A stretch of DNA of 63,767 nt, counting the filler, from Dicyema japonicum (taxonomy: Eukaryota > Animalia > Dicyemida): NCBI GenBank assembly GCA_011109175.1. It is 14 parts of 13 records of this genome, joined end to end, with 100 filler letters (N's around TTAATTAATTAA, not from the genome) between each part and the next. Parts side by side here need not be neighbours in the genome. Positions count along the whole stretch, not along the records: positions 49,875 to 53,461 come from RDEW01000330.1; positions 53,562 to 56,969 come from RDEW01000232.1; positions 57,070 to 63,767 come from RDEW01000030.1; 11 more parts are not named here. One strand, given 5' to 3'. The notes under the pieces are model-generated. The model was not told where the DNA came from. It saw only the letters and a list, made by a program, of their open reading frames with translations, and searched no databases. The translations under genes and the position numbers were made by a program. Position 1 is the first letter of the stretch; each line of letters begins with the position of its first letter. Of this stretch, positions 52,020 to 63,767 are shown in pieces.

Positions 52020-52790
52020 ACAATTTATTGTGCTGGAAATCATTTGGACTCCTACTGGAATCGGCCAATCAGCACCGACACGCTTGTTTGCTTTCGAGGG
52101 CTTCCCCTGAGAGCCGAGCTTGGCTAAACGCCATCCCAAATGGAGCTCTGGGCACTTTTATCGATAATGATTGCGCTAGAAGTAGTATCTCAATCGGCGG
52201 ATACGACTGAAAGTATGTGTACCTCACCCGTGCCAATGTGGTGTCCTGATAGACAGTTATGGCCTGCACCCTGTCGCCTGCAAGAGGAGCGCTGGCAGAT
52301 CTCCGAGGCACAAGGCACTGAATGAGATTGTCAAACGGGCAATTGATGCAGATGGATTCTCGGCCATTCTTGAACCGGTCGGGTTATGCAAAAGTGACGG
52401 GAAACAACCGGACGGGATGACCATATTTCCCTTTGATGCCAGGAAACCACTTGTTTGGGACGTGACATGTACAGACACGTTGGCCCCGAACGATCTTCAC
52501 GAGTGCTGCTCTACAGCCGTCAAGGCGGAGAAGGCCAAACTCGAAAACGTCGATCTTCCCGATAATGTCAAATTTGTTCCCCTTGATATGGAGACTTTCG
52601 GATCCTACTCCCCCACTACGCTAGAGTTTTTTCAGGCGTTTTGAAACCGGATCATCTGATGCACTGGAGATCTCCGAGAACGCCGCTGGTTGTTTGAGCG
52701 AATTTTGCTCGCAATTCTGAGAGGGAACAGCCACGCAGTGAGGGTGGCAGCTAACTAGTGTTTTGTCCTGATCAATTTTAATAAAAAATT
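52020..52790 (+). mobile_element. CRE-clade retrotransposon 3' part
   Basis: QHRHACLL...AWLNAIP..LGTFIDND, EPVGLCKSDGKQPDGMTIFPF...VWDVTCTDTLAP, METFG, RGN. Confidence 0.9.
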
Positions 52791-52974
52791 TTTTATTGAC
52801 CTAAAAAATTAAATTTTGACTTTTTTAAATTTAATAACTTTTGATTAATATAATATTTTTGATTAAAAACTACATTTCTATAAGTTTTAAACAATTTTTA
52901 AGAAACATAATAAATTTTGACTTTATTGACAAAAAAATTTTTTTTTTTAAACAAAAATTTTTTTTAACAATTAA

Positions 52975-53461
52975 ACAAATGTCAGTTGAGGAAGCCTGCT
53001 GCGTGGATTGCGAACGAGTTCCCTCGGAGTATGGCTATTCCGATCTTTTGTCTTAGTCATAACCCTTCTCGTTGAGCCCTTTTCTTTCTGGCAAGCAATC
53101 CTCCGAGTTCTTGCAAGAATTCAGCCGTCATTGGACCAACGGCTCCCGTTGATTCGGTCGCAACAGGAGTAAATCGGTAGCGATCCCCGAGGCAAGAATA
53201 TTTCTTGATTTTTAGGTTTTCCGCGGTCGAAGCAGCTGCTCCAGGTGTCTGAACAGATTTAAAAATGTTCGTGCTTGAACGTGTCTATGCAAGTTGCGTC
53301 CCAGACCAAAGATCTTCCAGACGTGAAAGGGAAAAGGGTCATCCCGTCAGGTCTCTTCCCATCTCCTCGATCATGACCCACTGGTCCAAGTTGTGCTGGG
53401 AAGCCTGAAGCCTTCAGAGCTATGACGATCACATCATTCAGAGCAGCATGACGTGGTCCTT
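52975..53461 (-). mobile_element. CRE-clade retrotransposon 3' part, tail-to-tail with 52020-52790
   Basis: RHAALNDVI...[35 protein letters not shown]. Confidence 0.9.
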
Positions 53462-53561
53462 NNNNNNNNNNNNNNNNNNNNNNNNNNNNNNNNNNNNNNN
53501 NNNNNTTAATTAATTAANNNNNNNNNNNNNNNNNNNNNNNNNNNNNNNNNNNNNNNNNNNN

Positions 53562-54599
53562 AAGATAATTTTAGTTCTCATTTAATTTTCAAAGCATTTC
53601 AGCCTAGTTTAATGACAGATGTACTTCTACACAACCGGATACTTCTTGGTCCTCAATAGAAATTAATTTTTCTTCTTCAACAATCCTCTATTTCACTGTA
53701 ATCAATTGAAATAAAAGAATTTATTTTAATAGGATCTGTTACATTTATGTTATTAAATTCTGATTCACATTCTGTACGTTCTAAACGTTTAAAACAGTTT
53801 GAAATCGTTTGAGATTTCACATCTTCCCATGCCATTTTTACAAACAATACAGTATCTCTAAGATTTAACTTCTTATGTAATTCCAAGTTATAAATATTTT
53901 CATACGAGAAACTCTGAAACTTTTTCAAATTTTTTTAAAAGCCATGAATATCCACATGTTTTTCAGTGCGCATTTCGACGTGTAATTTACGCATTCGAAA
54001 TCTGTTTTTTTTATTCTCCAGAAACACGTAAGAATTTTTAAAATTAGTTAAAGAAAGTTCTTTAGCGAAAAATTCTGCCTTTCGTAATAATAGAGAATCG
54101 TTCAATATAGCATGTTAATTGTTAGAGTAAATAATGTACCTTTTATTCCATTGAATCCATCCAATCTACTAGATTTTCATCTAGCTAAAGGTATTTTAAT
54201 ATTTTACAAGTTTTTAGTTTAGGATTTCAGTTCTTGAACTGAAATAAAAGCGATTCTGCATTCATTAATATTCTGGATTCTTTTTTTAAAAATAGAAGAA
54301 AATATCTTGCATATCGCCTGAGATGAAGCTAATTTATCGTTTCTTTATACCGCAATATTTCCATTTTTTGAGCAATTGAAAGTCTGGTGTAGCCTCCAAC
54401 AGGAACATTCCGACACATGCTTGCTTTAAAGTATTTAAATTTTTTAAAAATATATAAAAATAAAAAATAAAAATAATATTTTAAAATGTTGGCAATTTTC
54501 AGAATTGGCAAATATCATTGAAAAATAGAAAAAATCGATAAAAATGACAAATTTCAGAATTGGCAAATTTAAGAGTAACATACTTGAAAGAGTTCACTG
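53562..54599 (-). mobile_element. pogo/Tigger-like element, internally deleted
   Basis: TA|CAGTGAACTC terminus at 54599. HTH RLSIAQKMEILRYKE; C-terminal LRDTVLFVKMAWEDVKSQTISNCF. Confidence 0.8.
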
Positions 54600-54604
54600 T
54601 ATTA

Positions 54605-55260
54605 AATTAGCAAAAACGGCAATAAAATCCAGGAATCAATTTTTTAATATGATCGTAAAAAAACGATGATTTATTTCAAAAATGGCTAATCACATTAAAA
54701 ATACGAAAAAATTAAAGAAATTTTAACCAAAATTTTCATGACAAATTTTTTATTTTGCAATGCAACTTATTGACTCTAATCGACAGGCCTATTGCGAAAA
54801 TGTCCAATTACTACTAGTCCCCTATGAGACTTTCGGTTGCGGTACTTTGATACTTTTTTCTTTGAAAATGTTTTATTAGTTTAGAAAAAAATATCAACAA
54901 CTGTTCAGATTTATTATTCAAAAACTGTTTGTTATTCAAAAAGTATCAAATTTTAGGTTGTGATCCGAATACTGAGTTCATTTCCATCTTCATCTTTTAT
55001 TTTTATTTTGTTATCTGAAATCAATTCTTCGACAATAAAACTCTGTTCATAATAAAAAGATTCTAATTTTCCTTTTTTTTTGTTTTTTGATTTGTATCAG
55101 TTTTTTTCAGTAACTTTATTTTCAACTGAAAATTTTTTCGATTTTCTTGAAGAACTTATTTTCATTCTTTCAAGATATTTGTCATTTTGCAATACTTTGA
55201 TTTTCATGTTCTTCTATTATTTCCCATTATTAAAATAAGAAATATTATTTATTTTGTTTG
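54605..55260 (-). repeat. Second copy of the 44065-45180 repeat
   Basis: Colinear reverse-complement similarity. Confidence 0.75.
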
Positions 55261-55478
55261 GAAAAAGCCATAAATAGTTGCATAATTATAGCAGAATGAA
55301 TTGTATACATTTTTTTCAATGCGTCCACCCATTTTTTCTCTTGGTCAACAAGTTCTTTTTGGAACCATCGGCAAATTGTTCGATTGCAACGCTCCACTTG
55401 TCCCTGTTATTCTGCATTCATTAGAGGTCCTCATATATGAATTATTTCAAATTCTTCATATAATGCAGAATTAGAAAG

Positions 55479-56969
55479 ATGCGAGCAAAAAATAGCGAAG
55501 AAAACAACATTTCTGATTTAATAAAGACTTTCAATAAATTTAATGTCGAGCCTAACCAAAGCAAACAATTAACGCCACTAAACAACCAATCTACACAAAG
55601 AAAACCCTTGAAAATACAATCTGTATTTAAAGAAAAAGACCCACCTGTAAAACCTGAACCCCCAAAACAAACTAAAGCCTAAAAATTTGAGATTCAATCG
55701 TCGTCATCGACGGATATTACAAACAATCTATTATTAAAGTCATCAGAACTGCCACCAATAAATTGTCAAACTTCTGTGGTCCAACAGTCAATATCTGCTA
55801 ATCCTACGAGGAGTCAATCAGTGAAAGTACCAGACTTACCACCAAAAAGTAATATTGCAATAGAAAAACCTGAACTCAAACAACTAACTAAAGCCTTAAA
55901 ATTTGAGATTCAATCGTCGTCGACGGATATTACAAACAAGCCATTATTAAAGTCGTCAGAACTGGCACCAGGGAATTGTCAAACTTCGGTGGTCCAACAG
56001 TCAATATCTGCTAATCCTACGAGGTGTCAATCAGTGAAAGTACCAGACTTACCACCAAATAGAAATATTGCACTAGAAAAACCTGAACTCAAACAACAAA
56101 TGAAAACCTCAAATTTTAGGATCCAATCACCTTCGTCGACGGATATTACCAACAAACCATTATTAAAGTCATCAGAACTGCCACCAGAAGATTGTCAAAC
56201 TTCGGTGGTCCAACAGTCAATATCTGCTAATCCTACGAGGTGTCAATCAGTGAAAGTACCAGACTTACCACCAAAAAGAAATATTAAACTAGAAAAACCT
56301 GAACTCCCACAACGAACTAGAGCCTTAAAATTTGAGATTCAATCACCTTCCTCGACGGATATTACTAACAAGTCATTATTAAAGTCGTCAGAACTGCCAC
56401 CAAGAGATTTTCAAACTTCTGTGGTCCAGCAGTCAATATCTGCTAATACTACAAGGAGTCAATCAGTGAAAGTACCAGACTTACCACCAAAAAGAAATAT
56501 TGCACTAGAAAAACCTGAACTCCAACAACAAATGAAAGCCTCAAATTTGAGGATCCAATCACCTTCGTCGACGAATATTACAAACAAGTCACTATTAAAG
56601 TCGTCAGAACTGCCAACAAGAGATTTTCAAACTTCTGTGGTCCAGCAGTCAATATCTGCTAATACTACGAGAAGTCAATCAGTGAAAGTACCTGACTTAC
56701 CACCAAAAAGAAATATTAAACTAGAAAAACCTGAACTCCCACAACGAACTAGAGCCTTCTGAGTTCGAATCTCATCCAGTGAATCATTCGAGTTACGTTC
56801 CTCTTCAGATTTGGGTTCATCTACTTATGAATCTCTGCCTATATTGCCACCTCGTAGAATGACATCTAAGAAGATATCGATTAGTGGTAGTTATTTTACT
56901 TTCATTTAGTAGATTCAATAATCTTCGAAGATTTATTATTATCCAACGATGAATCTGTTGATGAGTTTG
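55479..56969 (+). CDS. S/P/K/Q-rich protein with five ~72-aa tandem repeats; two in-frame stops; runs off contig
   Basis: Units of 213-216 bp (the fifth ends at the TGA) start at about 55689, 55905, 56118, 56334 and 56550. TAA at 55680-55682 and TGA at 56760-56762 lie in one frame. A 23-nt intron (56887-56909) is followed by open frame to the contig end. Confidence 0.75.
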
Positions 56970-57099
56970 NNNNNNNNNNNNNNNNNNNNNNNNNNNNNNN
57001 NNNNNNNNNNNNNTTAATTAATTAANNNNNNNNNNNNNNNNNNNNNNNNNNNNNNNNNNNNNNNNNNNNCTCAGATTTATCAGATTTATATTTAGAATT

Positions 57100-57272
57100 G
57101 GCCGACTCCGCACTTTTATTTATAGCTGGTGATATGGATTACTTGAGGGATTTGGCTCAGGATCGTGGAAAGTGGAGAAAATTAACTAAAAGATTAATGT
57201 TTGGTACTGCACTGGTTTTGTCATTTCCAATGGCAAGACGTTGTGCTTTATAATAATATAATAATAATAATA
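57100..57272 (+). mobile_element. RTE-clade LINE 3' end
   Basis: LRDLAQDRGKWRKL (AQDR..WR motif) followed by a (TAA)n tail. Confidence 0.75.
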
Positions 57273-57284
57273 TTAGGGGGTCAC

Positions 57285-57360
57285 TTTGATTTTGGATCAC
57301 TTAATTGAGGACTCTTTTTCTCTTTAACCCGGTGATCATGGACTGATAAATAAATTAAAC
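57285..57360 (+). mobile_element. LINE 3'UTR hairpin tail (family of 552-772)
   Basis: GGATCACTTAA...U-rich...GGTGATCATGG, then ATAAATAAA. Confidence 0.65.
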
Positions 57361-57864
57361 AAATTATTTAGTTGTCCAACACACATTCATAAAAATTGGT
57401 TCGACATCAAGACAATACCTATGAATTCCAGGGAAAATTTTATCCCAAAATTCCCCCAGTCAGAATATTGACGTAATTTTTAAAAAAAATCAAATCCACC
57501 ACCTAAAAGAGCATTCGATTAAGAGATTTCCGTGAGTGTATTTATAGATGACATGGCTGCTGATTTTATGGATAAATAACAGTTTTTATCTTTGTTCACT
57601 ACATAAACAATCTCTTTAGTGAAAAGAAAATTTCTGTTAAATTTCTTTAGGAAATACGAAACCTGTCCCCCAACAAGAAACTACTTTTTTGTTAAATGTG
57701 GTCACCAGTATTCGCGGTATTCAATCTGGTATATGAATGAGAGAAACATCGATCTTTCATAATTTCATTCTGAGCTTGAGTTAACATAAATTCATTCCAC
57801 GTTTTCTAGGCATTAGTCCATCAGCGATCATGAAGGTAAACTCTAATTTCATTTTGTTAAATTT

Positions 57865-58060
57865 ATCAAGATAGCTTGACTAGTGAAGCCGTCATCAGTG
57901 AACTTTACTGCGGAATCGGATTGTTTATATATGACACACACCCAAGAAAAAGAAAACAAAGAAGTGAAGAGCATTCTTTTACCTCTCCTTGATTAGCTAT
58001 TATAACTGTTTTTTCTTAAAATAAAGTGTGTGTTCTGCCTAAGGGGAGCTATAACTGATA
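57865..58060 (+). repeat. Headless copy of the SINE body at 43425-43600
   Basis: Colinear similarity (ACTGCGGAA..GGAT, CCCAAGAAA.GAAAACAAAGAA, GATTAGCTAT.ATAACTGTT). Confidence 0.65.
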
Positions 58061-61039
58061 TGGCTCCTCGGAATGTGCGAATAACAAGATACTTCGTGAG
58101 ATGGTTATTTGTGGGATTATTTCGTTTTTTCCTGATTTGCCCACCAAAAATGATAACGACAACTCAGGAAGACTACAATGATATAGAAATTAAATTGAAT
58201 ATATACTTCAAAATTTATCTTTTTAAATGGTGTTTCTTTGAGTAAATGTGAGAATCAAGTGTACAGCCGCATCCTCCTTTTTTTCTTGCTCTAAAAAACT
58301 AAGTCATTGTTCTAAAAAAGTAGTAAGTTATAGTTATTGCTTTGAAAATTTTTTTTTTAATTCTTTATTACTATGAAATTAGNCAAGTGTACAGCCGCAT
58401 CCTCCTTTTTTTCTTGCTCTAAAAAACTAAGTCATTGTTCTAAAAAAGTAGTAAGTTATAGTTATTGCTTTAAAAAAAATTTTTTTAATTCTTTATTACT
58501 ATGAAATTAGATAACATTCGAGAATTGAAAATTTTAAATCATGTGGATATCGATAGTTTGGATGTAAGATTAAGAAATTCTATATTAAATTATCTAGATG
58601 ACTATGGAAAGAGGAGATTTCTTTCTATGCATAAAAATAAAATAATGAATGGGGAGCAATGTTGTTTGCTTCATGAAATGAGAAATTTGGAAGTTAAGCT
58701 GAGACGATGTTAGCATGCTTGCACAGAATTCTTACTGTCTTAAAAAGAGGATCAAGTCTATGATGTATGTATTGATGGAAGTTTCGTAAACTTTTTTTCG
58801 AAAATGAATTCTATGTATAGGAAAGGAATCCTTCTCAAAAGTTCTGGGAAAACAACCTCTTGGACGTCCTCTGAATGTAGAAAATTCAGTATTGTCCACA
58901 TACGTGAAAAAACCATTTCTTGTATAATTATTAAACTTTTAGAATATTGAATCACAAAAATAGGCTTTTTGAGTCTCAGTAATTCTCTTACCAACAACAT
59001 TCTGGAATGCTATCATCCACCAATTCCAACACCAATGATCGGGGCCATTTATAACAGATACTCGATTTCTCTACGAGAACCATCCAAAGAAAATACATTT
59101 GGCCACCTCCTCCAATCGACCAATCTAAATTCTCTCTTCAGAAAGACATCCGGGTAAACCTGGCTAGTCTGTGATGTGGGGACCATCCCCTTTCTACCGA
59201 TCTACGTAAACAAGATGATGTAACAGATGTACTTTGTTTTTTTTGAAACCCTCCGAGTTAAAAGCAAATCACCTCTGGAGCGACCGGCATTGCTGCGTCC
59301 TAGCTAATAAAAAACATAATCATAACAAATGTAAATAAAAGTTAACTAGAGGGTTTTATCTTAGTCCTCGCCATAATGGCCTTGACAGTCCGCACGCTTC
59401 CCATCTCCTTCATTATTAAACTCCCGTATGTCCAGAACCGATTAAGTCCAAAGCTAATAGGCTCTTCACCAGTATGCACTTCCACAGTGGTCCCAATTCA
59501 CCTGCAGGACCAATTGAATAGTAAACAACCAACCTGTTCAATAACCATCTCTCAACCTATAAACTGTTTTTGGAACCCTCTCCTTATATAAAAGGGAATA
59601 TTAAAGGAGAGGATTTTTGCTTTTTTTGATTTTACATTTGATTCTCATTTTTAAAGCAATCAACAATATCGATTTGTTGAGGGTATTTCAGGTATCAGCT
59701 ATCAATCAATCATTTCTTTTCTCGGCAGTTTTTTTTCTAATTTTGCTCTCAAAAAAATTGAAGAAAGTTAGTTAGTTGGATCTGAGAATCCAGTAGGTTT
59801 CGGCTGTAGCGATCTTGAAGGTGAAATATTCATTGTGTCATGTATTTTATCTTTTTGTGAACATCGACGAGATGATGGACTTTGCGAGGAGGGAGGTTGT
59901 ATGGAGAAAACTGGCAGTATAACTAGCAAAGAGCACGTCACAGGTAGAACTCTACGTATTCATACGCTAATAGGTAACACGTGAGTGCTATAACNCAGGA
60001 TTGATAACAAAATAACTAAAACCTCACACTATTGGCGAAAACTTGATAATCCCTGCTTATCGTATTATTGCTCGGATTATGTTTAGTCATAAATATGAAC
60101 AAAAAATAATGAAGATATCTTTGTCAAAGAATATATGCAAAAACAATTATAATTAAGATTTCATTTTTCTATTAATAAAAATTTGGGCATTAAATTACCA
60201 ATTTTTGTACTTAGTTTTTTTACACATCTTAAAAATTTAATTTTTTATTTTTTAATGTGTGCCGTGGATTATTTTTTTACGATTAGTGTGCCGCGAGAAT
60301 TATAATTAAGATTTCATTTTTCTATTAATAAAAATTTGGGCATTAAATTACCAATTTTTGTACTTAGTTTTTTTACACATCTTAAAAATTTAATTTTTTA
60401 TTTTTTAATGTGTGCCGTGGATTATTTTTTTACGATTAGTGTGCCGCGAGAATTATTTTTTGAAAAGCTCTGCCCTAATGTGTTTCTATATATTTCCTCC
60501 TTAATGTTCCAAATATTCAAACCTAACGATTTAAAGGAATTTAACGGCAATGGTTGTTATTAATATATTTTAGTCCAACAATGCTTTAATTCGAGTAAGC
60601 TAACTGTCTTGAATAAGACATTTCATAATAATCTAAAATTCAAAATAATGGGAGCTGTTGTTTCATTAACAGTTGTCATGGTAATATTTATTGCTACTTA
60701 TTATTTTAACAAGAGGAGAAGACGTTACGAATTTCAGAGTTTAGTAACAATTAATTATTAATATTAGATACAACATGGTGGTCTTGGGTCTCAATAATAA
60801 AAATAATTTTCAAAAACATAGTCATATTAACAAACATTCTATTCATGCACTTTCTGACGGACGATCCGCAAAGTTCTTTCAATTTTGGAATAAACAAGAT
60901 TTACACCGATATTCTCGTACACTTGAGACTTACTTTGTTAAGATTTTCAGATTTTCGTAATTTCGTCCATGTGCAAGAAAAGAAAGACAAGGGTTTTTAT
61001 CTATAATGTATCGAAGAATGTGTAGTATAATTACCAATC

Positions 61040-62330
61040 TCTACAAAAACCAAATCAGAACAACTGGAAATACTTGGATGCCCTCTTACTGGTGCTGGGA
61101 TCAGTAACACTCTAAGAACAAAAGAACATCAACTAAAAACAACATTCAGACGTCTGGAGATGCTGGACGCACACACCTCCCTATTCCTCCTTAGAAACGC
61201 CTTATCAGCACAGAAACTGAACTACGTTCTTCGGGGGGCACCCTGCTACTTGAAAATGCAACAGCTCGATGCTCTCGATTCCCTCTTCCGGAGTACTATT
61301 GAACGTACCACAAATGTGAAATTTGACGACCAAGGGTGGGACCAAGCGACCCTACCCGTTAGCCTGGGCGGACTGGGAATCCCTTCAACGAAAGATCTGG
61401 CTTGCCCTGCTTATCTATCCTCTTTGGGCTCCAGCCGACTACTGGTCAGGATGATTCTCCAACTCCAAACAGAATCATCTGAAATCACAGAGATGGAGCA
61501 TTTGAAGGGGATGATGCCTGAGCAGAAAGATCGTTACAGGACCATCTGCGAGGATAAATATAAGAGGCTTCTGAATCAATCAAACCAACACAGACGTGCA
61601 TGTCTAGTCACTAGAAGATGCGAATCGAGTGGCGCATGGATCAATGCACTCCCAGTTGGCAGTGTCGGGACCAACCTTGACGACGATACTGTCCGCATCG
61701 GCATCTCCACCAGACTTGGACTGGAGATTTGCCGGACCCACAAATGCCGATGTGGCGCAACCGTCGATTGTTATTGACTCCATGCCCTCTCTTGTCGAAA
61801 GAGTGCAGGACGATTCCCAAGACACAAGGCGATCAACGGAATTGTCAAGCGAGCCCTGGAGTCTGCGGGATACCCAGCCATACTAGAACCTGTTGGACTG
61901 GACAGAGGAGACGGAAAACGTCCCGACGGGATCACAATTTTCCCATTCGAAGAGGGGAAACCTTTGGTCTGGGACACTACTTGTGTCGACACGCTTTGCC
62001 CGTCCAACATTGTCGGGAGCGCGGTAGACACACTGTATTCCGCAGAAAAAGCGATGATGGCAAAGGAGAAGAAGTACGAAGCGCTACGCGACCGATTCGC
62101 GTTTTATCCGATAGTGGTCGAGACAACTGGAGGAATAAGTGGAAAATCGCTTCGCTTCCTAAAGAAACTTGGACGCTTAGCTACACTAAAAAGCCACGAC
62201 GCACGTGAGACCCGGTGGCTACTCCAGTTGATCTCTGTTGCAATCGTGAGAGGCAACGCAACGCCGATAATGTCGGCGGGGTCCACTTTGGATGGATGGC
62301 AGTTTTAAATATGCTTTACTGGGGATAAAT
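61040..62330 (+). mobile_element. CRE-clade non-LTR retrotransposon, 5'-truncated, nearly intact 3' ORF
   Basis: One frame from EILGCPL through HKCRCG...[35 protein letters not shown] and VETTG to RGN. Only one stop (TGA 61775-61777, where a Gly would be expected). Confidence 0.93.
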
Positions 62331-62417
62331 TAACTGATTATTTTATATATTTGTTTTATTCGTGATTTAAAGTTAATAAATCTCAAATAAATATTAATAA
62401 TATAATTGTTAACTAAA

Positions 62418-62776
62418 ATGTCTAACGTTATGAAGAGATTTGTGATTTGTGTTATTTCAGTGATCGTCGTACCAATTGCTTCATATTTCCTTACAAAGAA
62501 GTATTTATTTGAGGGTAGTTTGATCAACTAACGCATAGACTATTTTGGAATGAGTGGACAAGTGAGTGCATTGCTTCATATTTCCTTACAAAGAAGTATT
62601 TATTTGAGGGTAGTTTGATCAACTAACGCATAGACTATTTTGGAATGAGTGGACAAGTGAGTGCCATTTATTCAGCAGTGGTCACTATTGTTGTCATGCA
62701 CGCTATTATTTTTGTCTATATCTATTTGGCTTACTATGATGAGGAGGTACCTGATGAAAGGCCTAAAAAGGATTGA
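62418..62776 (+). CDS. VMA21: V-ATPase assembly factor VMA21, 79 aa
   Basis: MSNVMKRFVICVISVIVVPIASYFLTKKYLFE|DYFGMSGQVSAIYSAVVTIVVMHAIIFVYIYLAYYDEEVPDERPKKD*: two TM helices and a C-terminal dilysine-type motif. 24-nt intron 62515-62538. A 95-bp duplication (62475-62569 / 62570-62664) is probably artefactual. Confidence 0.9.
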
Positions 62777-62999
62777 TTTTTTATAAAGTGACTTTTTCGA
62801 GTTTTAATTCGTTTTTTGTACTTCTATACGTTGGTCATTTATACTATGTTGAGATCTGGGAACTGTAGGGTGACTCTCGTCTTGTAGACACTACCAGGCG
62901 AACTATTTGGTAGTTTCTTGGTAAGGGAGGTTGGGTCTTTTCGCCACAAATGCAGGCAGTTTTCTCAACAAGCAAATTATTTACTTTACCAAAAAAGTG

Positions 63000-63330
63000 T
63001 TAAACAAATTAATTAGGTGATCTTGATAGTCCTGAGATGGCTCTTCGGTGTTCTTCAAACGTTCCACCACTTTCATGTAATCACGCTGTTCCTATTTGAG
63101 TGGAATTTGTAGAGGTGTAGGCCTCCCGTTGTACATGCTGGACTCTGCTCCTTCAGCGGCTGACTGGTGGGATTGGCTTGTCGGATTGTTGCAAAGACTG
63201 AAAAGGCTTTGCTACATAACCAAGTCATATGCGCATGTCAGCAGCATTAAGTTGTTTCCCTAAGGGAGGGGCATGTCATGTAGAAATAAATTGAAGAGAT
63301 CTGGTGAGTGGAGATCCTCGATAAAAGTAA
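63000..63330 (-). mobile_element. Degraded, internally deleted LINE remnant
   Basis: SPDLFNLFLHDMP...LLTCAYDL is a degenerate RT 'SP.LFN...YADD'. Ends in AAGATCACCTAA, like the other GIT* tails. Confidence 0.55.
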
Positions 63331-63420
63331 CCAGAAAGAAACCACGTGAGAGAGAATGAATAAAAATATTTTTATTTATTAACTTAAAAAATTACGTTTT
63401 TTTATAAAATTAAAAATATT

Positions 63421-63767
63421 ATGTTTTGGACGTGGCTTGTTTTTATTATTTCAATATTACTTTTAATAATTGCAGTTCGAAGAGGCAGAAAGTCAGGAAG
63501 GGTTAACATTGCTTTCTTCCATCCTCACTGTAGTGCTGGTGGAGGTGGGGAGAGAGTGCTTTGGGCTACAATTGAGGCTCTACAAATGAAATATGATTCT
63601 GTCGAATGTGCAATCTACTGCATCCCGGGACTCAAAGAAGATGACGTCATCAATTCTGTGTACTCCAAATTTAAAATAAAAATTGAGAACATCACTCTTG
63701 TCCCAATCAAGTCTCATTTCTTACTCGACAAGAAATACTACCCCCACCTGACAGTACTGGCACAACA
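63421..63767 (+). CDS. ALG11: GDP-Man:Man3GlcNAc2-PP-Dol alpha-1,2-mannosyltransferase, 5' part (runs off window)
   Basis: N-terminal TM followed by IAFFHPHCSAGGGGERVLW and YPHLTVLAQ, matching ALG11 'FFHPYCNAGGGGERVLW' and 'YP.FTLLGQ'. Confidence 0.95.
   Translation, partial: MFWTWLVFIISILLLIIAVRRGRKSGRVNIAFFHPHCSAGGGGERVLWATIEALQMKYDSVECAIYCIPGLKEDDVINSVYSKFKIKIENITLVPIKSHFLLDKKYYPHLTVLAQ

Noticed and set aside
62790-63330. Spliced host gene divergent from ALG11
   Set aside because: Multiple in-frame TAGs are not removable by plausible introns, and it contains a degenerate RT motif and the LINE GATCACCTAA tail.

Overview
This is AT-rich eukaryotic nuclear DNA, not one continuous locus. It is 14 short contigs joined by 13 artificial 100-nt linkers (44 N + TTAATTAATTAA + 44 N), so adjacency across a linker has no biological meaning. 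Recognisable host genes are mitochondrial HSP70 (HSPA9-like, 3' half), DJ-1/PARK7, a NOL11-like gene, VMA21, ALG11 (5' end), two adhesion-GPCR (GPS + 7TM) genes and a 72-aa tandem-repeat protein. The intron-containing ones are split by ultra-short GT-AG introns, mostly 21-25 nt, which is why the ORF track fragments them. Adhesion GPCRs plus NOL11 point to an animal with a highly compacted gene structure, such as a myxozoan or dicyemid parasite (inference only). The rest is dense transposon debris: Tc1/IS630 DD34E, pogo/Tigger, hAT-Buster, Merlin, Ginger2-like integrases, and CRE-, R4-, RTE- and APE-type non-LTR retroelements. The most interesting signals are: (1) mini-introns, with every 3n-length intron in the well-resolved housekeeping genes carrying an in-frame stop; (2) the same mini-introns inside transposases of five DNA-transposon groups; (3) a conserved pseudoknot with HDV-ribozyme-like topology in an RTE 3'UTR; (4) a covarying hairpin around the stop codon shared by divergent LINEs; (5) a fold-back pogo element; (6) a repeat-protein array bracketed by in-frame stops. 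Many 95-150 bp tandem duplications look like assembly artefacts. Boundaries of degraded elements are approximate. Nothing here was database-searched or computationally folded.
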